A stretch of DNA of 64,000 nucleotides from an uncultured Actinomycetota bacterium (lineage in GTDB: Bacteria > Actinomycetota > Thermoleophilia > RBG-16-64-13): contig OY969565.1 in assembly GCA_963701105.1 (NCBI GenBank), positions 886,998 through 950,997 of the forward strand. The letters are read 5' to 3'. Position 1 is the stretch's first letter. The number at the start of each line of letters is the position of its first letter. Shown here one piece after another: positions 50,072-60,388 of this stretch. Made by a program: the position numbers and the translations under genes. A model generated the notes under the pieces. That model saw only the letters and a program-made list of their open reading frames with translations. It had not been told where the DNA came from and made no database searches.

Positions 50072-51483
50072 GCCCGCACCCTCTCCTCCAAGTCGATGAT
50101 CTCAAGCAACTCGGGCACGATGACCTCGAACCCCAGATCTTCCTCGAGCGCCTTCGCCAGAGAGAACGCCGACTTCGGCTCGCCGTGCGTGAGGATGGTG
50201 ATGGGAGTGGGCTTGAAGCTGGACGCCCAGGCGAGGAGTTGGTCCCGGTCCGCGTGAGCCGACAGACTGCTGATGTCGTGGATCTTCGCCTTGACGGCGA
50301 TCTCCTCCCCCAGGATGCGCACCCGCTTCTCGCCCTCGAGCAACCGGCGTCCCAGGCTGCCTTCTGCCTGGTAGCCAACGAACACGATGTGCGCCTCCGG
50401 CCGCCACAGGTTGTGCTTCAGGTGATGCTTGACCCGACCGGCCTCTGCCATACCGCTCGCCGAGATGATCACTGCTCCCTTGACGTCGTTGAGCGCTCTG
50501 GACTCGTCGGACGACTCGGTGTAATGCAGTTGTGGGAAATTGAAGATCGACCCGTTATCGGCAAAGATCTCCTGCGCTGCCTGGTCGAACTCCGATCGGT
50601 GGGAACGGAACACCGAGGTGGCCTTGGTAGCCAGCGGGCTATCGACGTACACCTGAATACCCCGGCAATCGTCGGCACATATCTCCCGCAGGTAATACAG
50701 CACCTCCTGAGTACGCCCGACCGCGAACGCGGGGATTATCACGTTGCCGCCCGTCTGCTGGGCCTCCTTCACGATGGAGCGCAGTTCATCCACAGGATCG
50801 CCCTCATCGCCGTGATCGCGATCACCATAGGTGGACTCCATGACCAGATAATCGGCCTCCGTGAGCGTCTCCGGGTCGTTCAGCATCGGGCGATCAGGAC
50901 GACCGATGTCGCCGCTGAACACCATCTTCACTGAGCCCGCCGCCGTTGTCAGCCAGATCTCCAGCGCGGCCGAACCGAGGATGTGGCCGGCATCGCGGAA
51001 GCGCACTCTGACCTCGCTCGACGGGTGCAAGTCCTTTCCATACTCAACCACTTGGAACAAACGGAGGGCGGCGGACGCATCATCCCGCGTGTAGAGCGGT
51101 TCTTGGGTACGTCGGCCGGCGCGTCGCCCCTTCCGGTGCTGCCACTCCGCCTCCATCTCCTGGATGTGAGCCGAGTCGAGCAGCATGATCTCGGAGAGAT
51201 CGGCGGTGGAGGACGTGGCGTAGATCGGCCCCTTGAACCCTTCCTTGGCCAGTCTAGGGATCAGACCGGAATGATCGATGTGGGCGTGAGTGAGCAGCAG
51301 AAAATCGATCTCACGAGGATCGAAGGGGAAGGGGCGGCGGTTCTCGAGCTCCTCTTTGGCTCCTCCCTGGTGCATGCCGCAATCGACCAGACATTGGGTG
51401 CGCCCCGCCTCCACGAGGTAACACGATCCGGTGACCTCACGCGCCGCCCCGCACACCTGCAAGTGCATACTCCGACCCTCCAT
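50068..51483 (-). CDS. MBL-fold beta-CASP ribonuclease (CPSF73/TTHA0252-like)
   Basis: ORF 50068..51693. Motifs HAHIDHSG plus beta-CASP and RNA-specificity-domain motifs. Start set at MEGRSMHLQVCGAAREVTGSCYLV. Its ATGA overlaps the downstream gene. Confidence 0.85.
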   Translation of the reverse strand: MEGRSMHLQVCGAAREVTGSCYLVEAGRTQCLVDCGMHQGGAKEELENRRPFPFDPREIDFLLLTHAHIDHSGLIPRLAKEGFKGPIYATSSTADLSEIMLLDSAHIQEMEAEWQHRKGRRAGRRTQEPLYTRDDASAALRLFQVVEYGKDLHPSSEVRVRFRDAGHILGSAALEIWLTTAAGSVKMVFSGDIGRPDRPMLNDPETLTEADYLVMESTYGDRDHGDEGDPVDELRSIVKEAQQTGGNVIIPAFAVGRTQEVLYYLREICADDCRGIQVYVDSPLATKATSVFRSHRSEFDQAAQEIFADNGSIFNFPQLHYTESSDESRALNDVKGAVIISASGMAEAGRVKHHLKHNLWRPEAHIVFVGYQAEGSLGRRLLEGEKRVRILGEEIAVKAKIHDISSLSAHADRDQLLAWASSFKPTPITILTHGEPKSAFSLAKALEEDLGFEVIVPELLEIIDLEERVRA

Positions 51484-51942
51484 GACTCGTCGCCGGACTC
51501 CCAACGGCCGACCCTGGCGAGGTTCGGGTGGGACTGTGTCCACCAGAATACACTGTGGCGTCCGGGGGCGGGCGACGGTGGGCGCCTGGGGCAGCGGGCG
51601 CCGCCGCGGGCGCGTCGCCCGCCAGGGCGCCGGGGTGTCTGCCGCTGGGGGGGCAGTGAACGCCGGCAGTTGTCGCCGGGCGGCCGTGGACACCGTGGGG
51701 TCCGCCGACCGGGGTGCAGCGGGCGCCGCCGAGGCCAGCCGGCCGCCGGGGCGCGGGAGCGGGGGCGCGTCGCCCGACAGGGTCGCCGGCCGCTGTCGAT
51801 GGCCGCCGCCGAGGGCCGTGGCCGACCCCGCGTCGCTCGCGAAGCTTTACATGAGCTTTGCACTCTCTTGCGAAACTCTCCACATACGAACCCCATAATG
51901 GGATGCAGCAGAAGCACTTCACCCATCTGCTAAGGAGACACT

Positions 51943-52404
51943 ATGTCGAACTCATTACTGCTTAAAGGAGCCACACTGATAGCGGCAGGCGCCCTGGGCC
52001 TGGTAGGCCTGGGAGCCCTTGGCCCCGTCTTTAGCCCAGGCACCGCGGCGGCCGAACGACAGGCCCCGAGTTGGCAGGGCTCGGTGACCCCGGCCCCTCT
52101 CAGTGACCAGACCGCTCCCCCGGCCACCGACGGCACCGGCGATTTCACCGACAGCATCACCGAGATGATGCAGGACCACATGGGCATCACCGGCGATCAG
52201 GCCAAAGAGTGGGCCGGAACCATGGAAGACATGATGCGCTCCGTGCACGGTGACCAGGCCGACGAGATGTTGCAGCAGTGCACCGAGAACGGTGGTCCTG
52301 AAGGCATGATGGACGGTTGGAACGGCACCTCCGGCGGTGGCATGATGGGCGGCTGGAACGGCACCTCGGGCGGCGGCATGATGGGCGGCTGGGGCACGAA
52401 CTAG
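51943..52404 (+). CDS. Secreted Met/His-rich protein with MMGGWNGTSGGG repeats (function unknown)
   Basis: 153 aa. AAGGAG Shine-Dalgarno upstream and a signal peptide ending AAAE. The tail is a 36-bp tandem repeat x2.4 at 52306..52392. Confidence 0.6.
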   Translation: MSNSLLLKGATLIAAGALGLVGLGALGPVFSPGTAAAERQAPSWQGSVTPAPLSDQTAPPATDGTGDFTDSITEMMQDHMGITGDQAKEWAGTMEDMMRSVHGDQADEMLQQCTENGGPEGMMDGWNGTSGGGMMGGWNGTSGGGMMGGWGTN

Positions 52405-52579
52405 CACCAACCCACGGCGACGCACCCGGTATGGGGGCGCCCCACCCGGCCGCGTCACCACGTGTCCGCGCCGTCGGGGCGCCGGCAGACCGCGCCGGCA
52501 GACCGCGCCGACGTCCGGCACGCCGCCAGGACGCGCCGGGCAGCACCCGCGTCGGCCGCGCCCGCCGCTTAGATGATCC

Positions 52580-52614
52580 GCGATCGGGGACCCGCGCACC
52601 GGGTCCCCGATCGC
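52580..52614. repeat. Perfect 15-bp inverted repeat (GCGATCGGGGACCCG-CGCAC-CGGGTCCCCGATCGC)
   Basis: Read from the sequence. It is intergenic, between the Met-rich gene and the EamA gene, with no T tract. Confidence 0.5.
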
Positions 52615-52638
52615 GTCTGTCCGTGCTACCCTCGCTGA

Positions 52639-53601
52639 GTGGTAGCGCCCAAAGAAACCGCAGCCGACTCCGCACTACCTGTCTTTGACGGAACCCGCAG
52701 CCCCGACCGAGTCGGCTGGGGCTCCGTCGCCATGCTGTTGGGGATGTGCGCGGTCTGGGGCCTGAACTTCGTCTCCATTCAGGTCGGCAACCGTGGTCTC
52801 CCTCCTCTTTTCGCCTCGGCGATCCGGTCCACCGGAGCCACGGTGCTCATTGCCATCTGGGCCGCTCTGTTCGGAAAACAGCTCCTGGTCGACCGCCGAC
52901 GTCTGCTCGACGGCCTGATCATGGGGGGCATGTTCACCCTGGAGTTCCTGTTCCTCTACTGGGGATCATCCTTCACCTCCGCCTCCCGCTCCGTCCTCTT
53001 GGTTTACACAAGCCCGTTCTGGGTGGCGATCGGGGCGCATTTCCTCCTCCGCGACGACCGGCTCACCTGGGTCAAAGTCGCAGGGCTCGGCCTCTCCTTC
53101 GCCGGGGTGGCAGCAGTGTTTCGCGCACCGTCCGGCGGACTTCCGGCCAATCACCTGGTGGGGGACGGCATGGAGGTGTTGGCCGCGGTGTTCTGGGCCC
53201 TCACCACCCTTTTCGTGAAACACACCATGCGTGTGCGCCCCATGAGCACGTTCCAGGTGCTCTTCTACCAACTGGCCTTCTCGGTGCCGTTGCTGTGGTT
53301 GGGCGCTCTGGTCTTCGAACGTGGGGAACCGCTGACCTTCCGCCTGGACTCCTCGCTGGCGCTTCTCTACCAGACGGTCATCGTGGCGACGGTCAGCTAC
53401 CTGTTGTGGTTCTGGCTCATGCGTACTCAAAAAGTGAGCAGTCTCCACTCCTTCACGTTCTTCACCCCGCTCTTCGGAGTGATCTTCGGCGGCCTGCTCT
53501 TAGGCGAACATCTCCCGCTCCTGCTCTGGCTCGGCCTGGGGTGCGTCGCGGGCGGCACCTACCTGGTCAACTCTCGTCAGGGGTCCACCCGCAGGCAGTG
53601 A
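52639..53601 (+). CDS. EamA/DMT-family transporter
   Basis: 320 aa. About 10 TM segments in two EamA repeats. Start uncertain. Confidence 0.8.
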   Translation: MVAPKETAADSALPVFDGTRSPDRVGWGSVAMLLGMCAVWGLNFVSIQVGNRGLPPLFASAIRSTGATVLIAIWAALFGKQLLVDRRRLLDGLIMGGMFTLEFLFLYWGSSFTSASRSVLLVYTSPFWVAIGAHFLLRDDRLTWVKVAGLGLSFAGVAAVFRAPSGGLPANHLVGDGMEVLAAVFWALTTLFVKHTMRVRPMSTFQVLFYQLAFSVPLLWLGALVFERGEPLTFRLDSSLALLYQTVIVATVSYLLWFWLMRTQKVSSLHSFTFFTPLFGVIFGGLLLGEHLPLLLWLGLGCVAGGTYLVNSRQGSTRRQ

Positions 53602-53786
53602 GACCGCTCCCGGGCCGCTCGGGCCGGTCGCGGGACTCTATCGGCCGCTTGTGGAAACATCGACGACCGGATTGCCTCCTCCAAGAGCCGCCTGTATGGT
53701 TTCCATGAATCCGCCTGCCGTATCGACCTCCTGCGACCGAGGAGGGTGACCAGGACGGGTTGAGACGACGACCTGCGGAGGTGAAC

Positions 53787-55746
<1,960 letters not shown>

Positions 55747-55794
55747 GAGCCATACCGGGCGGAGCCCACCATCCGGCTTCGTCCGGCGGTTGCA

Positions 55795-55823
55795 GAAGGG
55801 GCGGCTTCGGCCGCCCTTTCTGT
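55795..55823 (+). terminator. Rho-independent terminator after acs (GGGGCGGC-TTCG-GCCGCCCT + TTCTGTT)
   Basis: GC-rich stem and a T-rich tail, read from the sequence. Confidence 0.55.
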
Positions 55824-55919
55824 TGGGCGCGCCCACCCAGGATGTCGAGTCACGGGTGACCCATGGTGTATCTTCTGGCTGAGGAACACCCGTAAGGCTC
55901 CACGACGAACGGAGAGACG

Positions 55920-57803
55920 ATGGCGGATTCGAGGTGGCGGGCGCGCTATGAGGCCAAACGGACCACCGTCCCCGGTGCCCTGTCTCACATCAGGAAGGGC
56001 GACCGTATCTTCATCGGCGCCGGGTGCGGTGAGCCCCAAGCGCTTATCCGCGGCCTTGCGGACATGGGCGGGCGTCTCGCCGATTCCGACGTGTACCATC
56101 TGCTCACCCTGGGCACCGCGCCCCACGAGGCTCCCCGCTTCAGCGACAGCTTCCGCCACAATTCCTTCTTCATCGGACACGATGTGCGCTCCGACGTAGC
56201 CGAGGGCCGAGCCGACTACACACCTGTGTTCCTGTCGGAGGTCTCCGACCTGTTCACGCAGCGACACATCCCTGTGGACGTGGCCCTGATCCAGGTGTCG
56301 CCTCCCGACGACCACGGCACCTGCTCATACGGTGTGGCCGTGGACATCACCAAACCCGCGGCCGAGAGCGCGCGCATCCGCATCGCCCAGGTGAACCGAC
56401 ACATGCCTCGCACGCTGGGCGACTCCTTCATCCACATCGACAGGCTGGATGTGGTGGTGGAGCACGACGAGCCCATCATGACGGTGCCGCTGCACGAGAC
56501 CACCGACATCACCCGCGAGATCGGTCGACAGGTGGCCAAGCTGGTGGAAGACGGTTGCTGTCTCCAGGTGGGCATCGGTTCCGTGACGAGCGCCACGCTC
56601 GATCACCTTCACAGCCGGCGCGACTTGGGACTCCACACCGAGATGTTCACCGACGCCGTCATCGACCTGGTCGCAGAGGGCGTGATAAACAACTCGCGAA
56701 AGACCCTTCACCGCGGCAAGATCGTGGCCTCTTTCTGCATGGGCACGCCCCGCCTCTATGACTTCGTGCACGACAATCCCATGTGTGAATTCCGACCTGC
56801 CGACTACACCAACGATCCCTACATCATCGGTCAGAACGACCGGATGGTGGCGGTGAACGCCGCGCTCGAGATCGACCTGACCGGTCAGGTGTGCTCCGAC
56901 TCGCTGGGCTACGACTTCTACAGCGGCATCGGCGGTCAGGTGGACTTCATGCGCGGAGCAGCCCGCTCTCGCGGGGGCAAGCCGGTCATCTGTCTGCCGT
57001 CCCAAGCTACGGGAGGCCGCAGTCGGATCGTCCCTCACCTATCGGAGGGCGCCGGCGTCGTCACCACCCGCGGCGGGGTCCACTACGTGGTCACCGAGTA
57101 CGGCATCGCCTACCTCCACGGGAAGTCGATCCGCGAACGGGCCATGGCACTCATCCAGGTGGCCCATCCCGACCACCGCGCCGAGTTGCTGGCCCACGCG
57201 AAGGAGCGGCACTACGTCTTCATGGACCAGCAGCCCCCGCGCAGTGAACGATATCCGGACGAGCTGGAGCGTCACATCACCCTGGACGACGGGGGCAGGG
57301 TGGTCTTCCGCCCGCTGCGACCCACCGACGACGCCCTGGTGCGCGACCTGTTCTACGACACGAGCCAGAATGCTGTGTACAAACGATTCATGAACGCGAA
57401 GGCCACCTACCCTCGCGACGAGCGGGATGCCGTCGTTAACATCGACTACCGGACCACCATGAGCCTTGCCGCTGCCCGCTCGGGTCCGGGCGCCGACGAA
57501 CTGGTAGCCCTTGCCGAGTGGCGACTCATCCCCGGCGACGACCGTGCCGAAGTAGCCTTCATGGTGCGTGACGATTGGCAGCACCGGGGCCTCGGCATCC
57601 GTCTCCTGAATTACCTCATCGAACTCGGGATCGAGAAGGGTCTGAGCGGCTTCAGGGCCGAGGTGCTGGCCGAGAACCAAGGCATGTTGCACGTGTTCCA
57701 ACAGTGTTCTCAGCAGGTGAAGATCAAGCTGGTGGACGGCACCTACGAGGTTCTCATCGACTTCCCCCCACTCGCGCTTGCCGCCGACACGCGGCCGGTG
57801 TAG
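55920..57803 (+). CDS. Acetyl-CoA hydrolase/transferase-family domain fused to a C-terminal Pat-type GNAT acetyltransferase domain
   Basis: 627 aa. The N-terminal ~430 aa are 4-hydroxybutyrate CoA-transferase-like (GAGCGEPQ ... EIDLTGQV ... GIGGQVDF). The C-terminal ~170 aa form a GNAT with Pat-like motifs (NIDY, AEVAFMVRDDWQHRGLG, AEVLAENQGML). Confidence 0.85.
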   Translation: MADSRWRARYEAKRTTVPGALSHIRKGDRIFIGAGCGEPQALIRGLADMGGRLADSDVYHLLTLGTAPHEAPRFSDSFRHNSFFIGHDVRSDVAEGRADYTPVFLSEVSDLFTQRHIPVDVALIQVSPPDDHGTCSYGVAVDITKPAAESARIRIAQVNRHMPRTLGDSFIHIDRLDVVVEHDEPIMTVPLHETTDITREIGRQVAKLVEDGCCLQVGIGSVTSATLDHLHSRRDLGLHTEMFTDAVIDLVAEGVINNSRKTLHRGKIVASFCMGTPRLYDFVHDNPMCEFRPADYTNDPYIIGQNDRMVAVNAALEIDLTGQVCSDSLGYDFYSGIGGQVDFMRGAARSRGGKPVICLPSQATGGRSRIVPHLSEGAGVVTTRGGVHYVVTEYGIAYLHGKSIRERAMALIQVAHPDHRAELLAHAKERHYVFMDQQPPRSERYPDELERHITLDDGGRVVFRPLRPTDDALVRDLFYDTSQNAVYKRFMNAKATYPRDERDAVVNIDYRTTMSLAAARSGPGADELVALAEWRLIPGDDRAEVAFMVRDDWQHRGLGIRLLNYLIELGIEKGLSGFRAEVLAENQGMLHVFQQCSQQVKIKLVDGTYEVLIDFPPLALAADTRPV

Positions 57804-57855
57804 ACTGTCGGCGACAGATACCCCTATGGGTATAGAGTACGTACGAGGAGCAGGC

Positions 57856-58197
57856 ATGCCCGCTGCAGGTCGAAGGTCGGAGCGCCGAGTTGCCGGAGGA
57901 CACCGCGTCTCGGGGAAGGACAAGCCGGTTGCACGCATCGATCGAGAGCGGTGCGACGGCGCTCCCGGGTGCCCCGTGAGCCGCATCTGCCCCCAGCGCG
58001 CAGTCGTGCCTGTCCCGGGAGTGCAGCAAGCGGAAGCACAGCCGGAGACCCCGAAGTCCTGGTTGCGCGGCCTACTCGCTCCCCCGACCTCCACCACCTG
58101 GACGGTCGACCAAGAACGCTGCACGGGGTGTCTCCTCTGCGCGCAGTACTGTCCCCACGCCGCCGTGGTCCCCGGCGAAAGGCGTAAGTCGGCCTAG
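57856..58197 (+). CDS. 4Fe-4S ferredoxin-type domain protein
   Basis: ORF 57778..58197. One canonical CTGCLLCAQYCP motif and one degenerate cluster motif (CDGAPGCPVSRICP). Start chosen at ATG 57856, 5 nt after GAGGAG. Confidence 0.55.
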   Translation: MPAAGRRSERRVAGGHRVSGKDKPVARIDRERCDGAPGCPVSRICPQRAVVPVPGVQQAEAQPETPKSWLRGLLAPPTSTTWTVDQERCTGCLLCAQYCPHAAVVPGERRKSA

Positions 58198-58418
58198 CCG
58201 GTCCGGTCCGGATTGACTCCGGCGTCGGAGCGGACACACTCTTTCGCGACCAGCCTCTCCGATGCAGTCCCGACTCTCGTCGCTACCTGCACGGCAGCGA
58301 GCCACCTTGCAGCTTGTGCCGACCAATAAATGTCCGTATCGGCAGTTATTGCACCACAACTTGACATATTCGGCACGGATGCGGGTATACTAGTCTCTCC
58401 GACAGACCGGGGAGGCGC

Positions 58419-58931
58419 GTGAACATCAAGCTCGACCACATCGATAGGGAGATCATCTCCTGCCTTCTGCAGGACGGACGCATGTCCAGTACCGAGATCG
58501 CCCGCCGACTCGACGGAGTATCCGAGCGCACAGTCCGCTACCGAGTCGACAGGCTCGTCGAGCGCAACGTGATCCAGATCGGCGCTGTGGTCAACCCTCG
58601 GGCACTGGGCTACGAGGTCACCGCCGACGTATGGATCGAAGTGACCCCGAACAAGCTCCGCGAGGTGGCCGAGCGTCTGGCCGATCTGCAAGAAGTGAGC
58701 TACGTGGCCTACAGCACGGGTGACAGAGACCTGAGCATCCAGGTATACGCCCGCGACAACGAGGAACTCCACACCTTCGTGAGCGACGTTGTCGGATCCA
58801 TCCCCGGAGTCACCCGCACCAGCATCATGCTGGTGCCGTGGAAAGTAAAAGACGTGCACCAGTGGCGCGTCCCCGACGACGCGCCGGTGAACCGGAGGTC
58901 CGCCGGCCAGAACGCGAGGAGAAGAGCATGA
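58419..58931 (+). CDS. Lrp/AsnC-family transcriptional regulator
   Basis: 170 aa. HTH (LDHIDREIISCLLQDGRMSSTEIARRL) plus a RAM/ACT-like domain. GTG start after GGGGAGG. Confidence 0.9.
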   Translation: MNIKLDHIDREIISCLLQDGRMSSTEIARRLDGVSERTVRYRVDRLVERNVIQIGAVVNPRALGYEVTADVWIEVTPNKLREVAERLADLQEVSYVAYSTGDRDLSIQVYARDNEELHTFVSDVVGSIPGVTRTSIMLVPWKVKDVHQWRVPDDAPVNRRSAGQNARRRA

Positions 58932-60283
58932 CGGGTATCACGGAGAAAGCCTTAGCCATCACCGCTCGAGAGAAAGAGCGCTACGCCGACATGACGCCGG
59001 GCAGCCAGAAGGCCACCGACCGCGCCAAGAAGGTGCTCCCGCTGGGCGTCGCCAGCAACTTCCAGTACTTCGAACCCCACCCCATCGTGGCCGACCACGC
59101 CTCCGGCAGCAGGCTGTGGGACGTCGACGGCAACGAGTTCATAGACTTCAACGGCGGCTACGGTTCCCTGTTCGCGGGCCACTCTCACCCGCTCCTGGTG
59201 GAAGCGATCACCGCACAGGCCTCCCGGGGCACCCTCTTCACCACTCCCTCCGTGCTGATCGCCGAAGTGGCGGAAGCCCTCGTGGACCGTTTCCCCTTTG
59301 AGATGGTGCGTTTCACCAACTCCGGAACGGAAGCCACTATGGACGCTCTCAGGTTGGCCCGTGGCTACACCGGGCGGGAGAAGATCATCAAACTCGAGGG
59401 CTGCTACCACGGTCACCACGACCTGGTGATGATGTCGGTGCGGCCTCCACTCGAAAAAGCCGGCCCCGCCGACCACCCGAACACCGTCCCCTACTACGGC
59501 GGTATAGCCAAGGCCACTATCGACGAAGTGGTGGTCGTACCCTTCAACGACCTCTCCGGCCTGGAACGCGCCTTCACCGAGCACCCCGGTGAGATCGCCG
59601 CGTTCATCCTGGAACCGGTGCCGGAGAACATGGGCATCGTGCTACCCGACGATGGCTACCTCGCCGCGGCCAAGGAGATCTGCCACAAGCACGGCGCCCT
59701 CATCATCTTCGACGAGGTCAAGACGGGCATCACCTCCAATTGGGGAGGCGCCTCCGCCCTCTACTCCATCCAGCCCGACCTGATCTGCCTCGCCAAGTCG
59801 ATCGGTGGGGGCGTGCCCATCGCCGCTTTCGGCGGGAGCCGCGAGATCATGGGCTACATCGCCAACGGGACGGTGGCTCACCAGGGGACCTTCAACGGCA
59901 ACCCGCTGGTGACCGCGGCCTCCTTAGCCGTGCTCACGAAGATCTGCACCAAGGAGGCGTCGGAAGCAGCCGTTGCCCGCAACGCTCGGCTCATCGAGGG
60001 CTGTCAACGGGTGATCGACGAGACCGGCTTACCTGCGCACACGGTGAAGCTCGGAGCTAAGGGATGCATCACCTACGTGCCCGAACGCGTCCGCACCTTC
60101 CGCGACTACAAGAAGACCAACTTCGAACTGGCCTACGCACACTGGATCTACATGATGACCCACGGCATCTTCCTGCCCCCGGGCCTCGATGAACAGTGGT
60201 TGGTCTCGGTCGCCCACACCGATGCCGACATCGATACGCATCTCGGGATCTTCGAAGACTTCGTCCGAGAAGTCACCAGCTGA
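58928..60283 (+). CDS. Class III (PLP-dependent) aminotransferase, glutamate-1-semialdehyde aminomutase-like
   Basis: ORF 58838..60283. Start set to ATG 58928 (ATGA overlap with the Lrp stop). Motifs FTNSGTEA, IFDEVKTG and the PLP lysine in LAKSIGGG. Confidence 0.88.
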   Translation: MTGITEKALAITAREKERYADMTPGSQKATDRAKKVLPLGVASNFQYFEPHPIVADHASGSRLWDVDGNEFIDFNGGYGSLFAGHSHPLLVEAITAQASRGTLFTTPSVLIAEVAEALVDRFPFEMVRFTNSGTEATMDALRLARGYTGREKIIKLEGCYHGHHDLVMMSVRPPLEKAGPADHPNTVPYYGGIAKATIDEVVVVPFNDLSGLERAFTEHPGEIAAFILEPVPENMGIVLPDDGYLAAAKEICHKHGALIIFDEVKTGITSNWGGASALYSIQPDLICLAKSIGGGVPIAAFGGSREIMGYIANGTVAHQGTFNGNPLVTAASLAVLTKICTKEASEAAVARNARLIEGCQRVIDETGLPAHTVKLGAKGCITYVPERVRTFRDYKKTNFELAYAHWIYMMTHGIFLPPGLDEQWLVSVAHTDADIDTHLGIFEDFVREVTS

Positions 60284-60335
60284 GAGACGGCTCGAGGCCG
60301 CCGGCCGATATACGCAGCACAGAGTAGAGCGATGC

Positions 60336-60361
60336 GCGGGGCGCCACACACGGCGCCCCGC
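60336..60361. terminator. 10-bp GC stem-loop (GCGGGGCGCC-ACACAC-GGCGCCCCGC) between convergent aminotransferase and leuS
   Basis: Read from the sequence. No clear T tract on either side. Confidence 0.4.
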
Positions 60362-60388
60362 ACGCGTTCGGAAGAACGCAAACCGGTC

